Part shown: positions 50,605 through 62,261 of the stretch, in pieces | Layout: the number at the start of each line of letters is the position of its first letter | Position numbering within the stretch: position 1 is the stretch's first letter | Assembly (NCBI GenBank): GCA_023515725.1 | Contig: JALDTO010000266.1 | Span: forward strand, 1,445,607-1,509,606 | Source of the DNA: Amoeboaphelidium protococcarum X5 | Lineage: Eukaryota > Fungi > Aphelidiomycota | DNA: 64,000 nucleotides | Direction of reading: 5' to 3' | The notes under the pieces: generated by a model | Database searches by the model: none | What the model was told of the DNA's origin: nothing | What the model saw: the letters and a program-made list of their open reading frames with translations, nothing else | Program-made: the position numbers and the translations under genes

Positions 50605-51134
50605 TCATGTACTTACCCATTCAAATATTAGCAATTGATATTCAACTTTGCTTCCATATCATCCTATTACAAATTCTCATCATTCAAGGACTCCACGGAT
50701 TATACAGTCGCTGCATCACTTTCACTTTCATAATTTTCTATATCCTTATTGACGCGAATATTTATTTACTCTTATCCACTTAAGTATGATGGTCCTTGAA
50801 GCATATTGATAATAATAAAAAATGCGGTTTCTCTGTCGGAAGAAAGTTTGGTCTTTCACAATCAGATATACCAAGAGCCTCAACCAGGTCCAAGCAAACA
50901 CGATAGGAAGGCCCATTTCATGTACTACGTCCTTCTCTGACTAAAACCGCCGCGCAATTTAAATGCTCCTACAACGGCAATCTCATATGAGCTGGTTCAT
51001 TGTTGGAAATGGCCTGCTGATACTTGATCTAACTCGACAGTCTCCAAGCGAATTTGATTCGGGCGCATCGACTTGTGGCAATAGTAAAGTTTGACTTGAG
51101 TTACTACAAAAGGGGGTGTCCAAGCGATGAGTCC

Positions 51135-54100
51135 ATGCAAATGTCCGAGCGCGTCCGAGCCGAAGCATCCAGTCCGAGCGGACTTGAAACAATAATCTAA
51201 ACTTAATAAAACCGTATTTAGAAAACTCGTAAATTTTAAATAGAGATGAATTTTAAAGCTTGCTAATTACAATGACCTAAAGCACAAATCTAGTTTATCC
51301 CCGATATTGTCGTTCGTCCTCCCAATCCACTGATGCTGAAAGCCCCATCAACCATGGATTTCATGCCGAAGCCGGTATAATTTTGGATGCCAGAGATATT
51401 GCTCTATAAGCATTTGCGTCACATGCCGTGTGTAGCGGTACGTTAGTGGAATCCTGACGGGCCGAGATTAGTCTCTAATCTAGGTCAAGACTATTATATA
51501 ATCTGTATTAGATATGTTTGCAATGCGTGTCAGAGAGAGTTTTGTGGATATGACAATGCTTCTGTGGAGAAAATGCCTCAATTCATCTAGAATCTGCTTC
51601 CGCGTCGAGTTTTTCCCAAGACTGCTGTGGATTACAACGTCTAGTCTTTAATCAGTGCTGCTGTAACTCGTGGGATCAGTTTTTCTGCTGTAAAGTAGAT
51701 AATCACTGAGGTCAATTTCACATTTTATGTAAGGGCTGTCTGTACTTACTACTCATTCAAACAGCACTTCTCGTAGACTAATGTTTCAAGTATGTTGACC
51801 AAGAATTCTAAATTGGTTGAATTTGGAGAATTTCACGATAAGGATGGATGGAATTGCTTGATTCCGAATGTTAATGTCCTGAAGAAAGTTTTCACTGAGC
51901 GTGGTGTGCGGAGCTACTTGAATTAAAGTGCGAGTATGATGCGCGTGGTTGGAGACGTATTGTCCTCCGACCACACTTTTAAAGTATCCAATATTGTGAA
52001 ATCCGACTACTAGAGATTTTTTAAGGCCTGTTATTCAATCATGAATGAGTATGGGATGATTTGTGCGTATTGGCAGGTGAATAGCACGTCTCTGGCTGAG
52101 ATTGAAACTTAGCTGCTTGCGTTTGCAGATAGATATCGAAATCTTGGCGCTATTGGACCGCTGTTGTGGTATATAGACATTTGATGTCAAGATCGTGGTA
52201 GCCTGACAGCCTCTTTCCATCACTGAAGGTAGATTTGATTTTCAAGAAGTAGAATTCAAAGTTGACGTTTAATGGTCAAATTGTCATTGTCTCTGACTTA
52301 GGGTAATTGGATGGATTTCTTTCTCTTTTGCGTGCCTACAAGTTAGTTGGATTGGACATGGAATGGACTACGGCATTCACTAAAGGCGTCTCCCCGGATA
52401 AAGTCGCTGTAGTTTAGATCTGTGTCGCAGAATTCTGTTTGGTTATCTGTCTCAAGGCCTTTCCAGCGATCCCCCAATCTCTTTAGTCATTTTCGGGCCA
52501 CAAAGACATACTAAAAGTTGGCTGCAATATCAAGAATGATGCCGCTAAATTCTATAAGGATTATGGCGTCAATGTTGGGCCTCTTGCAGATTTAATGTAG
52601 ATATATAGAGCTAAAGGAGTGCCAAAGGTGGGTCTTGAGGCTTTAGTTTCTACCGTGCTGTCTCAACTATGGAAAAAGACAGGAGTACAAGAGTAGAGTC
52701 TTGGGACAACCTGCCTTTGACTCAGGCTCAGATCCGTTATGCTGCGGATGACGCCTTTGCATCTCTATAACTTTACGAAGCTGCTCCGTCTTTCTCGCTA
52801 GAGGCATAGTCTCAAATTCTTTCTGATGTCGTTGATGGCTCTTACCACCGAGTTCTTTTGGATCCTTTTCATTTTATGGATCGGTATCCTGTAGCAAAGA
52901 GTCATCGGCTTTACAATTTTTTTCTGGTTTGCCTAAGCGATGCTATATTGGTCAGCAATCCTGATGATGTCGCCAAAGTTAAGGAGCATTTAGGAAAGAA
53001 GAGTGTCCCAGAGCATTAGTAACAGTGGGTGTTTCGTAGATACATCTCTCAAGGCCGTATCCGGAGGTTCATTCCAGATGCTTAAACAGTTTCGAGCAGA
53101 GTAGATGCTGTTGTAAGATTTTTCCAGTAAATGTCCTCTGACTTCATCAATGACAAGGTGATGAAGTCCCATCTTAACTGCATGGAACATCTTAGATCCG
53201 GCTGCTTGTCGGACCATCCACTGGTGCCTCTTTATACGGATGTGAAGAGTACTTCAGCTGAGCTATAAAAGTACCGGTCAGCTCGTGGCAGCTCTGCTTA
53301 AGAAGGCTACCATAGACATTTGGCCAAATCGATTGCAGCCACTTCACTGTCTCCTCTGACATACGAGATTCTGATGATGGATGTCACTGCTCGATGGAAT
53401 TTTAGATCTTCCTAATTCCTTAAAGACAGCAAGCAGTTTTACACAAGTGACTTGACTCAACTCATGTTCATCTCTAATTTGAAAGTTTCTCAGTAGTCTC
53501 CGTTCTCTGCCAATTATATTCATTCATCATATTGGAGTTTTTTCGTGCCATTGAAGCCAGAGAAGTTTGGTACTTTGCGCGTTATGAATCTACCTTCTTT
53601 GAGTGAATTTTATAATAGTCCAGACTCTTTTGATATAGATGGCGCAATGGTGGAAGAGGAGACCGAAGACCGTTTCGACACTGTGTCCGATGTACTCTCG
53701 TCAGTCAATCAAGGAAGTCTTTAGAATTGCTCTGCTGCTTTATCCATTGCACGGTGCGAAGTGATTGTAAAGAGCGTTACTGTGGCTGCTAATTTGCCAT
53801 ATCCTAAGACCTTTCGCTTTGCCGAATAGATTGAGCTGGCCTTGCTTCTGTTGAAGTGCAATATTTAGTCCAACAAGATCATTGAATTGACTTCTGTCAC
53901 CTGATTAGTTCAATAAAGTTGTTAAAGAGCAGATGTCTCAGTCTACCCACACAAGAATGGCATTCAAGTCAGTATCTCATTTCAGTGAGTTAGTATCAGA
54001 GATTGTGAAGAAGAGTCAAACCAAAATGATGATTGAGCCCTTTTGTCAAGATTTGAATCGTCTCCAATCTGCTTTACATTAATCCAAAGAAGTATCATTT

Positions 54101-54347
54101 GAATCTGTTAGGCGCCCGCAATTGCCCAAGCGTTCTTTGGACAATGCATTCTAAGTCGATTAAAATTTCTCTGCGCAGCTACCGATTCAATCTAATCCGT
54201 CACTTTCAGTTGCAACTGCTTCAAGTCGACCAGCATCAGCTAAAAGTTAAGAAGGCAGATTCTCAGTTGAATAGATTGAACGAGCAAAGAGCCTGCTTAG
54301 AGACAAGTCGATTGAAGTTTGCTCCGGCTGCTTGGATGTTTAAATGA
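51135..54347 (+). mobile_element. Degenerate Dada-like DDE transposase with embedded DEDDy 3'-5' exonuclease
   Basis: N-terminal Cys region (GPRLV...RYVCNAC). D1 SSDHTFK (51969), NEYG, D2 YID (52176), exonuclease VGLDMEW...LKVG...D...YAADDA, DPFH (52861) and RGSSAQEGYH (E at 53302). Internal TGAs and frameshifts are present; ends are approximate. Confidence 0.7.
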
Positions 54348-54667
54348 AAATTGGTTACAATGGTAAGAAGGTCTTTGTCTCTGGGCATAATCAGAAATGT
54401 TGTCCCATTTTGGGTAGTAATTTGGTGAAGGAAGATGCGAAGGAGAAGGATGCTCTGAGGAAATAGATATCGAGAGAATAGGACAGAGCAAGATGATAAT
54501 CAGTGAATAAATGACACCATATCATATATCTACTTTATTATCGTGGAAGTTCTCCTGTCAAACCGAAAATTCGCCAAATTTGCCACTACCGCAGCAAATT
54601 TTTCAAGGTTTCCCCTTTTCTTCAAATTTGTTTAAACCGTAATTTTACCAGCCGAAAAAAACTCAAA

Positions 54668-55363
54668 ATGAATTACGATAGCAAACTTGACGCCGTTGAA
54701 CAAGAAATCAAGGCATTAGAGAACAGTGAAGAATACAAGACTTTGGCCAAGAAGAACAGCGTTTGGTTTGTTCATAAGGCAACTGATGAAGAGAAAGCCG
54801 ACTGGGAGCTATTGAAGGAAAAGCTTGCTAAGCTAGAGAAAGACAAAGAATTCTATCAAAAGGCCATCTTGTCTTCAAATGCTCAAGCAGTGAAGAAAGC
54901 CGACCCTATTCGTAAAAGGTACAAGAAAGATACGGCTATCAAGGATGAAAGATTGTTATTGTCTACAGCGGCTAGAAAAAGGTGGCAGCAATTTAATTAC
55001 ACTCTTGAACGTAAAGGAAAGCCAACGTTTGGGGATTTGAAGAGGGCCGCTGGATTTAGAGGTGACGAAGATGTGCGGGAATATTTTGAAAAAAGAGCTT
55101 TAGGCGAGATTGAAAAAGATGATATTAAGGAGTGTATGAGAGAGGACGAATGGATTTTTCTGATTACGTTAAATTATCGTGTCAACGGGCTTTTGCAGGA
55201 TGAGTTGATTGCGAATGAAGATGGGAGCATTCGTTTGGTATTGGAGCATGATGTTTACTAAGCAGCCGCCGAAGTTGCTGAAAATATTGTAGTCGATTTG
55301 TATGAAGGTGAGAAGAAGGTCGACGTCAAAGATGCATCCAGTGATTCGTCGGGAAGCCCATGA
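54668..55363 (+). CDS. Hypothetical protein, charged N-terminal coiled coil
   Basis: 231-codon frame from ATG to TGA with one internal TAA=Gln and protein-like composition. No family recognised. Confidence 0.6.
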
Positions 55364-55952
55364 GTCTTATTAAACTGGGCATTGCATTCCTCATAATATT
55401 ATGCTTTGACTATTTCACATTTTAATCTTTTATAAACTTTTTTACCTTTACATCTTCGTTTTTGGTTTATTTGACTAGATAATATGGTCAATAATTGGAA
55501 CTAGAACTCAAAAGATATGATTTAACTATAGTTTTAGTCTATCGAAGAACATAGTTGCTCTTAATTAGGAAGTAAGACTTAAACGAATTGCCCGATTTAA
55601 CAGTAAAATTTGATAAGAACTCAAAAAGTCTTTCGCATGACACCAAAATCAACGTGTAATAGAAAGAATGCAATCAGATCAGCAATAACCTGGTAACTAA
55701 AGAGCGAAAGTCGAGTTTTAATTTGCAAAACCCGAAACCTTCTCATAAAACTTCACCTATAAGAATGGAACCGCCTGCCATAAAAGATATAGATTAAAGG
55801 TGGATGATGTTATTCACCAAAAACAACACAAACGCGGCAGCTACCACGACTAAAAACAGCTGGATATCACCTTGAGCTTCCACATTTCCGCCATTAAAAT
55901 GATCCTTAATCTCAACAATCGTATCCCATTAAACAAAAAAAAGTATAATGAA

Positions 55953-56669
55953 CTAATACTGAGTTTCTTTGTAGCTGATAACATCGGCGCGACATTTAGG
56001 CGCGATCTTGACGTGCACTAAGTCGCACTCATGCACTAGGTCTTTCATTGTAGAGTTCCCAGCGCCAAAGTCCAAATACCCAGTGCATCGTGGACTCGAT
56101 TTCCGAGGCTGTAAATAGATCGCTTCCTGATGTGTACATACAGCGAAAGAGATTTTTACAATGGTCCAACATCGCTTGTGCCACTTCAGTCGTGTTTTCA
56201 GGGGAACATCGCTGTCCCAAATGGCACGCATCCTCTGCGCCAACCACTCGGGATGTCCGCCATCGCGTTGCCCACTACAGACATCCAAGACCCAGTCACT
56301 TCTGTAGCTTGGAGAGAAAAGCATTTATCTATACTTTGACCAATTCAGAAGCAGGAGATTCAGCTTCACATAACCAGCCACAACACTCATTTTGCTTCCC
56401 AAATAGCCTTGCCCTCCAGACAGCTGAATCGGCTAGCCATAACTACATTTCCATGATCTAATATTGTACCGTTCACTCTCTATGAGAGTACTCTTGTCGG
56501 TTGATTCAAACTCGGTAATGGCGTCATGAAGACATCGCGCAAAGTGTCCGACGACAGAGAGCCCAGCCTCGTCAACTAAGAGCCGCTTCTTATTCGGATC
56601 TTTCGGGTGCTGTTCAAACTTAAGGACTTTGTCCAGAGCACTCCACGGAATTCGATGTTCCAGATGCAT
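55953..56669 (-). pseudogene. Coding-like fragment of unknown family, abutting the outer Copia LTR
   Basis: Two same-frame ORFs join when TAR=Gln. There is a faint resemblance to the C-terminal part of HD-domain dNTPases, but no catalytic motif is visible. Confidence 0.25.
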
Positions 56670-56700
56670 GATTGTGATAACTTTGATGGTAATTACAAAC

Positions 56701-56889
56701 TGTCACTTCAATAAATAGTGTTAAGAAATGATAAGTAAAATAGATGATATAAAATTACTGTATTTCTTATCATGAAAAGATTCTCATACTTGACCTTATC
56801 TGAGTCCGTTTCACCTCTAACCTTAGTGTGGGGATATTGTGGCATGAGGCGCAGCGGCTCCATGTGGATGTTTGATCATAAATCTGACA
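56701..56889 (-). repeat. Putative 3' LTR of outer Copia
   Basis: TGTCA...TGACA inverted termini, beginning at the end of pol after a G-rich tract. The partner LTR lies outside the window. Confidence 0.6.
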
Positions 56890-57402
56890 CGCCGCCGTGA
56901 TCCTCCACAGATTCAGACATTCCCATCATATCACGAAGCGCAAGAAACTTTTGAGTCGGCAGTGGCTTTGTGAGTATATCTGCAAGCATTAGATCAGTAG
57001 GGCAATAGACAACACGTAGATGACCATCTCGCACGCAAGTTCTGATGAAGTGATGACGCACGTCTATATGCTTTGTTCTTGAATGAGTCTTGTTACCATT
57101 AATAACGGCGATAGCACCTTGATTGTCCTCATGTATAAGTGTGGCGGCGTCCTGTGTCCACCCTATTTCTTGCAGTAATCTTCGCAACCAAATAGCTTCT
57201 TATGCAGAGTTGGATAACGCGATGTACTCGGATTCACAACTAGACAGAGCCACTATATTTTACAGCTTACTTTGCCAAGATACTGGAGAATTAGCAAGCT
57301 TAAACAGATAGCCGCCAGTAGACTTCCGACCATCGGTATCTCCTGCCCAGTTCGCGTCAGACCATCCTTAAATCACGGTCCCGTGTTCTCCACCTAACTA
57401 AA

Positions 57403-57556
57403 TGTTAAGATGAAACCAAAAAGGTAAATTATATCTTTCGATAATACTGACTTTATTCTCAATTGAGATGAAAATATTTTTCACACTTCAACCTAAGCCA
57501 CTCGGATCAGTGACCCCTGAACCGACAACCGAAGCTCTGGAACACCAACCTTCACA
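57403..57556 (-). repeat. 3' LTR of nested Copia
   Basis: 154-bp direct repeat of 62108-62261, preceded on the sense strand by the purine tract CAGGAGAGTG. Confidence 0.97.
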
Positions 57557-57567
57557 CACTCTCCTGT

Positions 57568-60500
57568 TCAAGAGCTTTTAAAACCAAAACGACAAACATG
57601 CTGAACAAAAGCCTTGGCGACAGTCATCGGCTTTGTAAGAATGTCAGCAGCTTGAGCTCCAGTTTTACAATACACTAACTTGATAATACCACGTTCAACC
57701 ATCTCGCGTATGAAGTGGAATCGCACTTCAATGTGCTTTGTGCGACTAAAGCTTTCAGGATTTTTACTTAAGGCAATACACGCTTGATTATCCTCCAGCA
57801 TGACAGTTGCTTTCTCTTTAGGATTAGTTTAGGTGATATCAACCAAACTGGGATAGCCCAACAATTCTACCTATTCGTTACTAAAATCAAATCCAATTTC
57901 TTTCAACAGTTCTCTGACCCATGCAACTTCTTGACTAGCAAATGTACAAGCATAATACTCTGCTTCGGTTGAACTGAGTGAGACTTTAGGTTATAACTTA
58001 GACTTCCAACTGACGGCAGCACCAGCCATCAACAAAGCATAACCAGTTTGAGAACGACGCGTATCTTTATCGTTCGCATAATCTGCATCAACGTAGACAA
58101 ACGGAGTCAGATCATTATGACCATTGTATACCAATCCCATATCTATAGTACCTCTCAAGTAGCGCAGGACGCGTTTAGCAGCTTGCCAGTGTCTTTAACT
58201 GGGCCGACTTACAGCACGTGAAAGTTCACTTACAGCAAATGCGATGTCAGGTCGCGTAGCTACTAGTAAATACATTAAACTTCCGACTACAGATCGATAC
58301 ACATCAGGCTGTTCAAAGTCGACATCAAATTCAGGTCTTTCAACCATGGGCAAACTCACAGGTGTACTTTTATCCATATCAAACTTCTTCAATATTCTAT
58401 CACAATAAGCAGTTTAGTCGAGAGTAATCGTTTTGTTCACTCTATCTCTACGAACTCTTATGCCAACAATGAACTCAAGGTCACCCAAGTCTCTCATATC
58501 GAACGCTTCCTACAATAAGTTCTGCACCTCACATAGCTACTGTTGGTCCTTTGTGATAAACATAATGTCATCGACATACAAAGCAATTATGAACAGCTTT
58601 TCACCTTCACCTTTAACGTACACACAATTGTCAGCTGAACATCTCGTAAATCCGAGATTGATACGCAGAAATTAGTCGATCTTATTATTCCAGCACCTTG
58701 GGGCTTACTTAAGACCATACATACTCTTCTTCAACTTTAATATCTTACATTCAAACTCAGTATGAGAAGGTCCAGCCATATAAATTTCTTCATCCAAATC
58801 TCCATTTAAAAACGCGGTGCTAAAATCCATCTGCTTTATTTCAAGATCATACTTAGCTGCAATAGCCATCAGCAACCTGATCGTGCTGATTTTAGCCACA
58901 GGAGCGAAGGTTTCGTTGTAATCAACACCACTCACTTACTTAAATCCTTTCACAACCAATCTACTCTTGTACCTCTCCAATGAACCATCACTGTTCAATT
59001 TTATCTTAAACACCCACTTACAGGGCAACAACTTCCGACCCACTGGTAACTCACCAACGACTTCCCACGTCTCATTCTTGATTAAGCTCCGAAGTTCAGA
59101 GAGTAATGACTCTTTCCATTACGGCCACTACTTACTTTTACGCGCCTCTTCAACACTCTTTGGTGTAGATGGAATAAGAGGATCAACCAACAATACATAC
59201 TTATCAAACTCTTTGACTTTATCATTTATGAGAAGATTAAGTAATAATGAATGAAGCTCAGCAAGTGATTCAGGTAATGGCCATTCTTCATCCGCCTCAT
59301 CAGCACTGTGACTACTTTCACTGTCACTACAGACATTGGACTTTACACTTTCACTATCACTAGTGACACTTAACAATTCAGTCTACTGAACACTTTGCAC
59401 CTATTCACTCTCCTGTTCTGAAGGCTGAAGTGTCCTTGTTTAAATCGGAAGAGTTGTACGCGCCAGAGATGATCTAGTGTTACTCCTTGTTTGGACTTTA
59501 CGTCCCAGAGTAGGTGCTTACTATCTCCTTGTTTGCACGACACCACTCTCCGACTCCAGACAATCGTCAGACATATCCTCAGACAGGGACTACTCCATTT
59601 ACTCACAACCAAACGATGGCTAATTACATTTATCAGAACTGGACATTGGAACTTGATTCTCGTAGAATTCAACTTCCCCAATGGGAACATCAATTATCTT
59701 ACGTCTATCTGCCGTCAATATACTGTAACTCGACGGTTTATAGCCGATAAAATATCCATCTTCAGTCACTTTGCCAAACTTAATCTAAGACAAGCGAGAT
59801 GCCTTGGGAACATAGTATGTAACTGCGCAACCAAAGCGATGAATTCTTTCCAGCGGAGGACTACTGCCATAATACACCTCATAAGGACTTTGCTTAGTCT
59901 GACCGGCATAATTCCTCCCATTAGATTAGCAACGATTGTGTACATGCGTAAAAGCACGCAGAGCATACGGCCATAGATTACCAGATATTTTACTGGAATG
60001 CAATAGAACTTTAGTACCTTCAACAACAGTTCTGTTGGCTCTTTCAGCTACACCATTCAACTGGGGTGTTTTTCTCGGTACCAGATCCAGTAATATACCT
60101 TAAGAGAGGCACCATTCCTTGAACTCATTAGAGATAAATTCTCCACCTCTATCGGAACGAATTGTGTTAACGCGTTCATTGGTCTCCAAACATATTCTTG
60201 TGTGCAACTATTAGAACGCAGAGAACGTTTCGTTCTTGGACTTCAGCGGTATAGTCCAAATACAACCACTGAAGTCATCTACCACAGTCAGAATATACTT
60301 TTCATGATGAATAGATTACGGCTTAATATCGGTGATCGAATCCATATGCAGTAATCCTGACAGACGATTAGAGCGCAATTTTGTCACATTAGAAGCTATA
60401 AAGGACTACCTTGTCATCTTCGTTTGCAAGCAGTCAGGACAATCACGCCAACTAAGATTCTTATTCCTAAAAGCATTTTCAGCTACGGCTATGTCTTCAA

Positions 60501-61095
60501 AATGCCCATCTCTGTGCATCTTCTCTAAAGTTTTGAAACCTTTGTGACCAAATTTACAATGAAGATCCAGTGCAGAGAGCTTGGGGGACACGTTATTTAG
60601 CTTGAGAGCAGCTGTTGAGACAGATTCGCTCTTAGACACTTGACAGTCTATGACATACAGCCTGCTTGGAGTGAGGAATCCAGATCCAACAGGTTTACCA
60701 TTCTTTTTAATCTTGACCTTTCTGTCTCCATACGATATCTCATACCCTTCGAGATCAAGCAGTAAGACAGGAAACAGATTATAGCCAAAGTTAGGAGAGT
60801 AAAACACGTTTTCTATCTCCATATGATGAGGGACACCATCATAAAATAGAGAGCAAACCAACTTTCCTTTACCAGTTATGAGTATCTTCTAACCATCATC
60901 AGCTGTACTACAAAACGCTTCATATGGTTCGAAGTCTTACAACCAATCCTTCCTATTCACAACACATGCAGTCGCTCCACCATCACTGATCATGATATCT
61001 CGGTTAGACATGCCTGGAACAATTTAGGAAGTATTCTCCATCAAAGAAGATAAGATAATAGGATTAGAAACCTGTATATTTGTACCACTCGCAAG
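57568..61095 (-). CDS. pol: Copia pol (protease, integrase, RT, RNase H), in frame behind the gag UGA
   Basis: PR ISDGGAT; IN H...GH...CPDC, LHMD, IRSDRGGEF and PQLNGVAER; RT YVDD; RH ADILTK. No in-frame TGA until 57568-57570. Confidence 0.93.
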
Positions 61096-62094
61096 TCATT
61101 CTTGCTTGACGCGTTTATCTCTACCGCGGATACTGTCAAACCAGGATGGGCGCCTCGCTTTGTTCTTCTCTAAATTCCAGCACTCATCTTCTACATGATT
61201 GCCATATCTCTTACAGTTAGAGCAGAACACCTCATTATCCTTGCGAGATCTCTTTTCACCTGACTTTCCATCACGCGTCATTAATGCTTTGATACTGCCA
61301 GTTAGTTCACCCAATCCTTTGCTGAACATCGCGACCAAGTCACTTTGAACTGAATGAGGTACAGAATTAACTACTTCGACCGATTAAGTCGCAACAGCTT
61401 CTTCACCTCTCTCACTTGACTCCTTGTCCTGTTGTTCGCTCACCTCAAAATTCGTTAACAGCTTCTTCAATCTCTTACAGGTCAGTCTCTTCTTCGTATT
61501 TAAGGCATAATAAGTCCTCACGGATTTCACTAACTCGCCATATCTCTACTTTGGCAGCTTGTTTAAACACTTCAGAGCCAAAGATTCTGAGGTTATACTC
61601 TTGTCGCCGCACTCTCTCAGATCTCTCTGCAGATCCTCCATCTTGAGAACAAATGTTATAGCACTAACCGTATCAAACTGCAGATTGTTAATTTTAGCGT
61701 TGAGTAAGTTAATGTTCTCAATTGACTTTTGATTAAACAGATTTTTGATGACTTTGATACATTTATAAGCAAACTTCTAACTAGAGATGTGGATCTTCAG
61801 ATCCTCCTTCACAGTTGATTGGATAATCCCAACGGCTTTACTGTTCATGATCAGGAGTTAATTCTGCAGCTTAGCCACACGAGATTGGCGTTTTTACTTC
61901 ACTTCGGCGAGTTCTAACTCTTTAAGATACAGATGAGACAGTGATGGTAAATTCTAAATTTTCTTGTAGAATTCCCTCTCCACTGCTGCATCACACTCTT
62001 CTTTACGCAGTAGCATCATAACGTACCGCAACCAAGAGCGGAAATTGGAGCCATTGAACAATACGCGCATAGTATCCGTATCAGACATTACCAT
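61096..62094 (-). CDS. gag: Copia gag
   Basis: LFNGSNFRSW N-terminal motif and zinc knuckle CSNCKRYGNHVEDEC. Ends at TGA 61096-61098. Confidence 0.9.
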
Positions 62095-62107
62095 TGGTGA
62101 GAATAAA

Positions 62108-62261
62108 TGTTAAGATGAAACCAAAAAGGTAAATTATATCTTTCGATAATACTGACTTTATTCTCAATTGAGATGAAAATATTTTTCACACTTCAACCTA
62201 AGCCACTCGGATCAGTGACCCCTGAACCGACAACCGAAGCTCTGGAACACCAACCTTCACA
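62108..62261 (-). repeat. 5' LTR of nested Copia
   Basis: 154-bp direct repeat of 57403-57556. Confidence 0.97.

Larger units (their letters stand above)
57403..62261 (-). mobile_element. Intact, recently inserted Ty1/Copia element with 154-bp LTRs and 5-bp TSD CTAAA
   Basis: LTRs 57403-57556 and 62108-62261 appear identical (TG...CA). CTAAA occurs at 57398-57402 and 62262-62266. The order gag-PR-IN-RT-RH is in one frame. Confidence 0.97.

Noticed and set aside
51111-51135. GGGGGTGTCCAAGCG as the 5' part of a tRNA targeted by the Dada-like element
   Set aside because: No matching T-arm/B-box or acceptor-stem half was found at the other flank by eye.
47697-55363. Low TAR usage in the caspase-like and 54668 genes as evidence of recent HGT
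   Set aside because: Gln counts are small, and native CCT5 also has a 279-codon TAR-free stretch, so this is not discriminating.
56803-56814. 12-nt match (AGTCCGTTTCAC) to the Tc1 terminal repeat
   Set aside because: It is an isolated short match within a putative LTR with no partner end, so it is likely coincidental.
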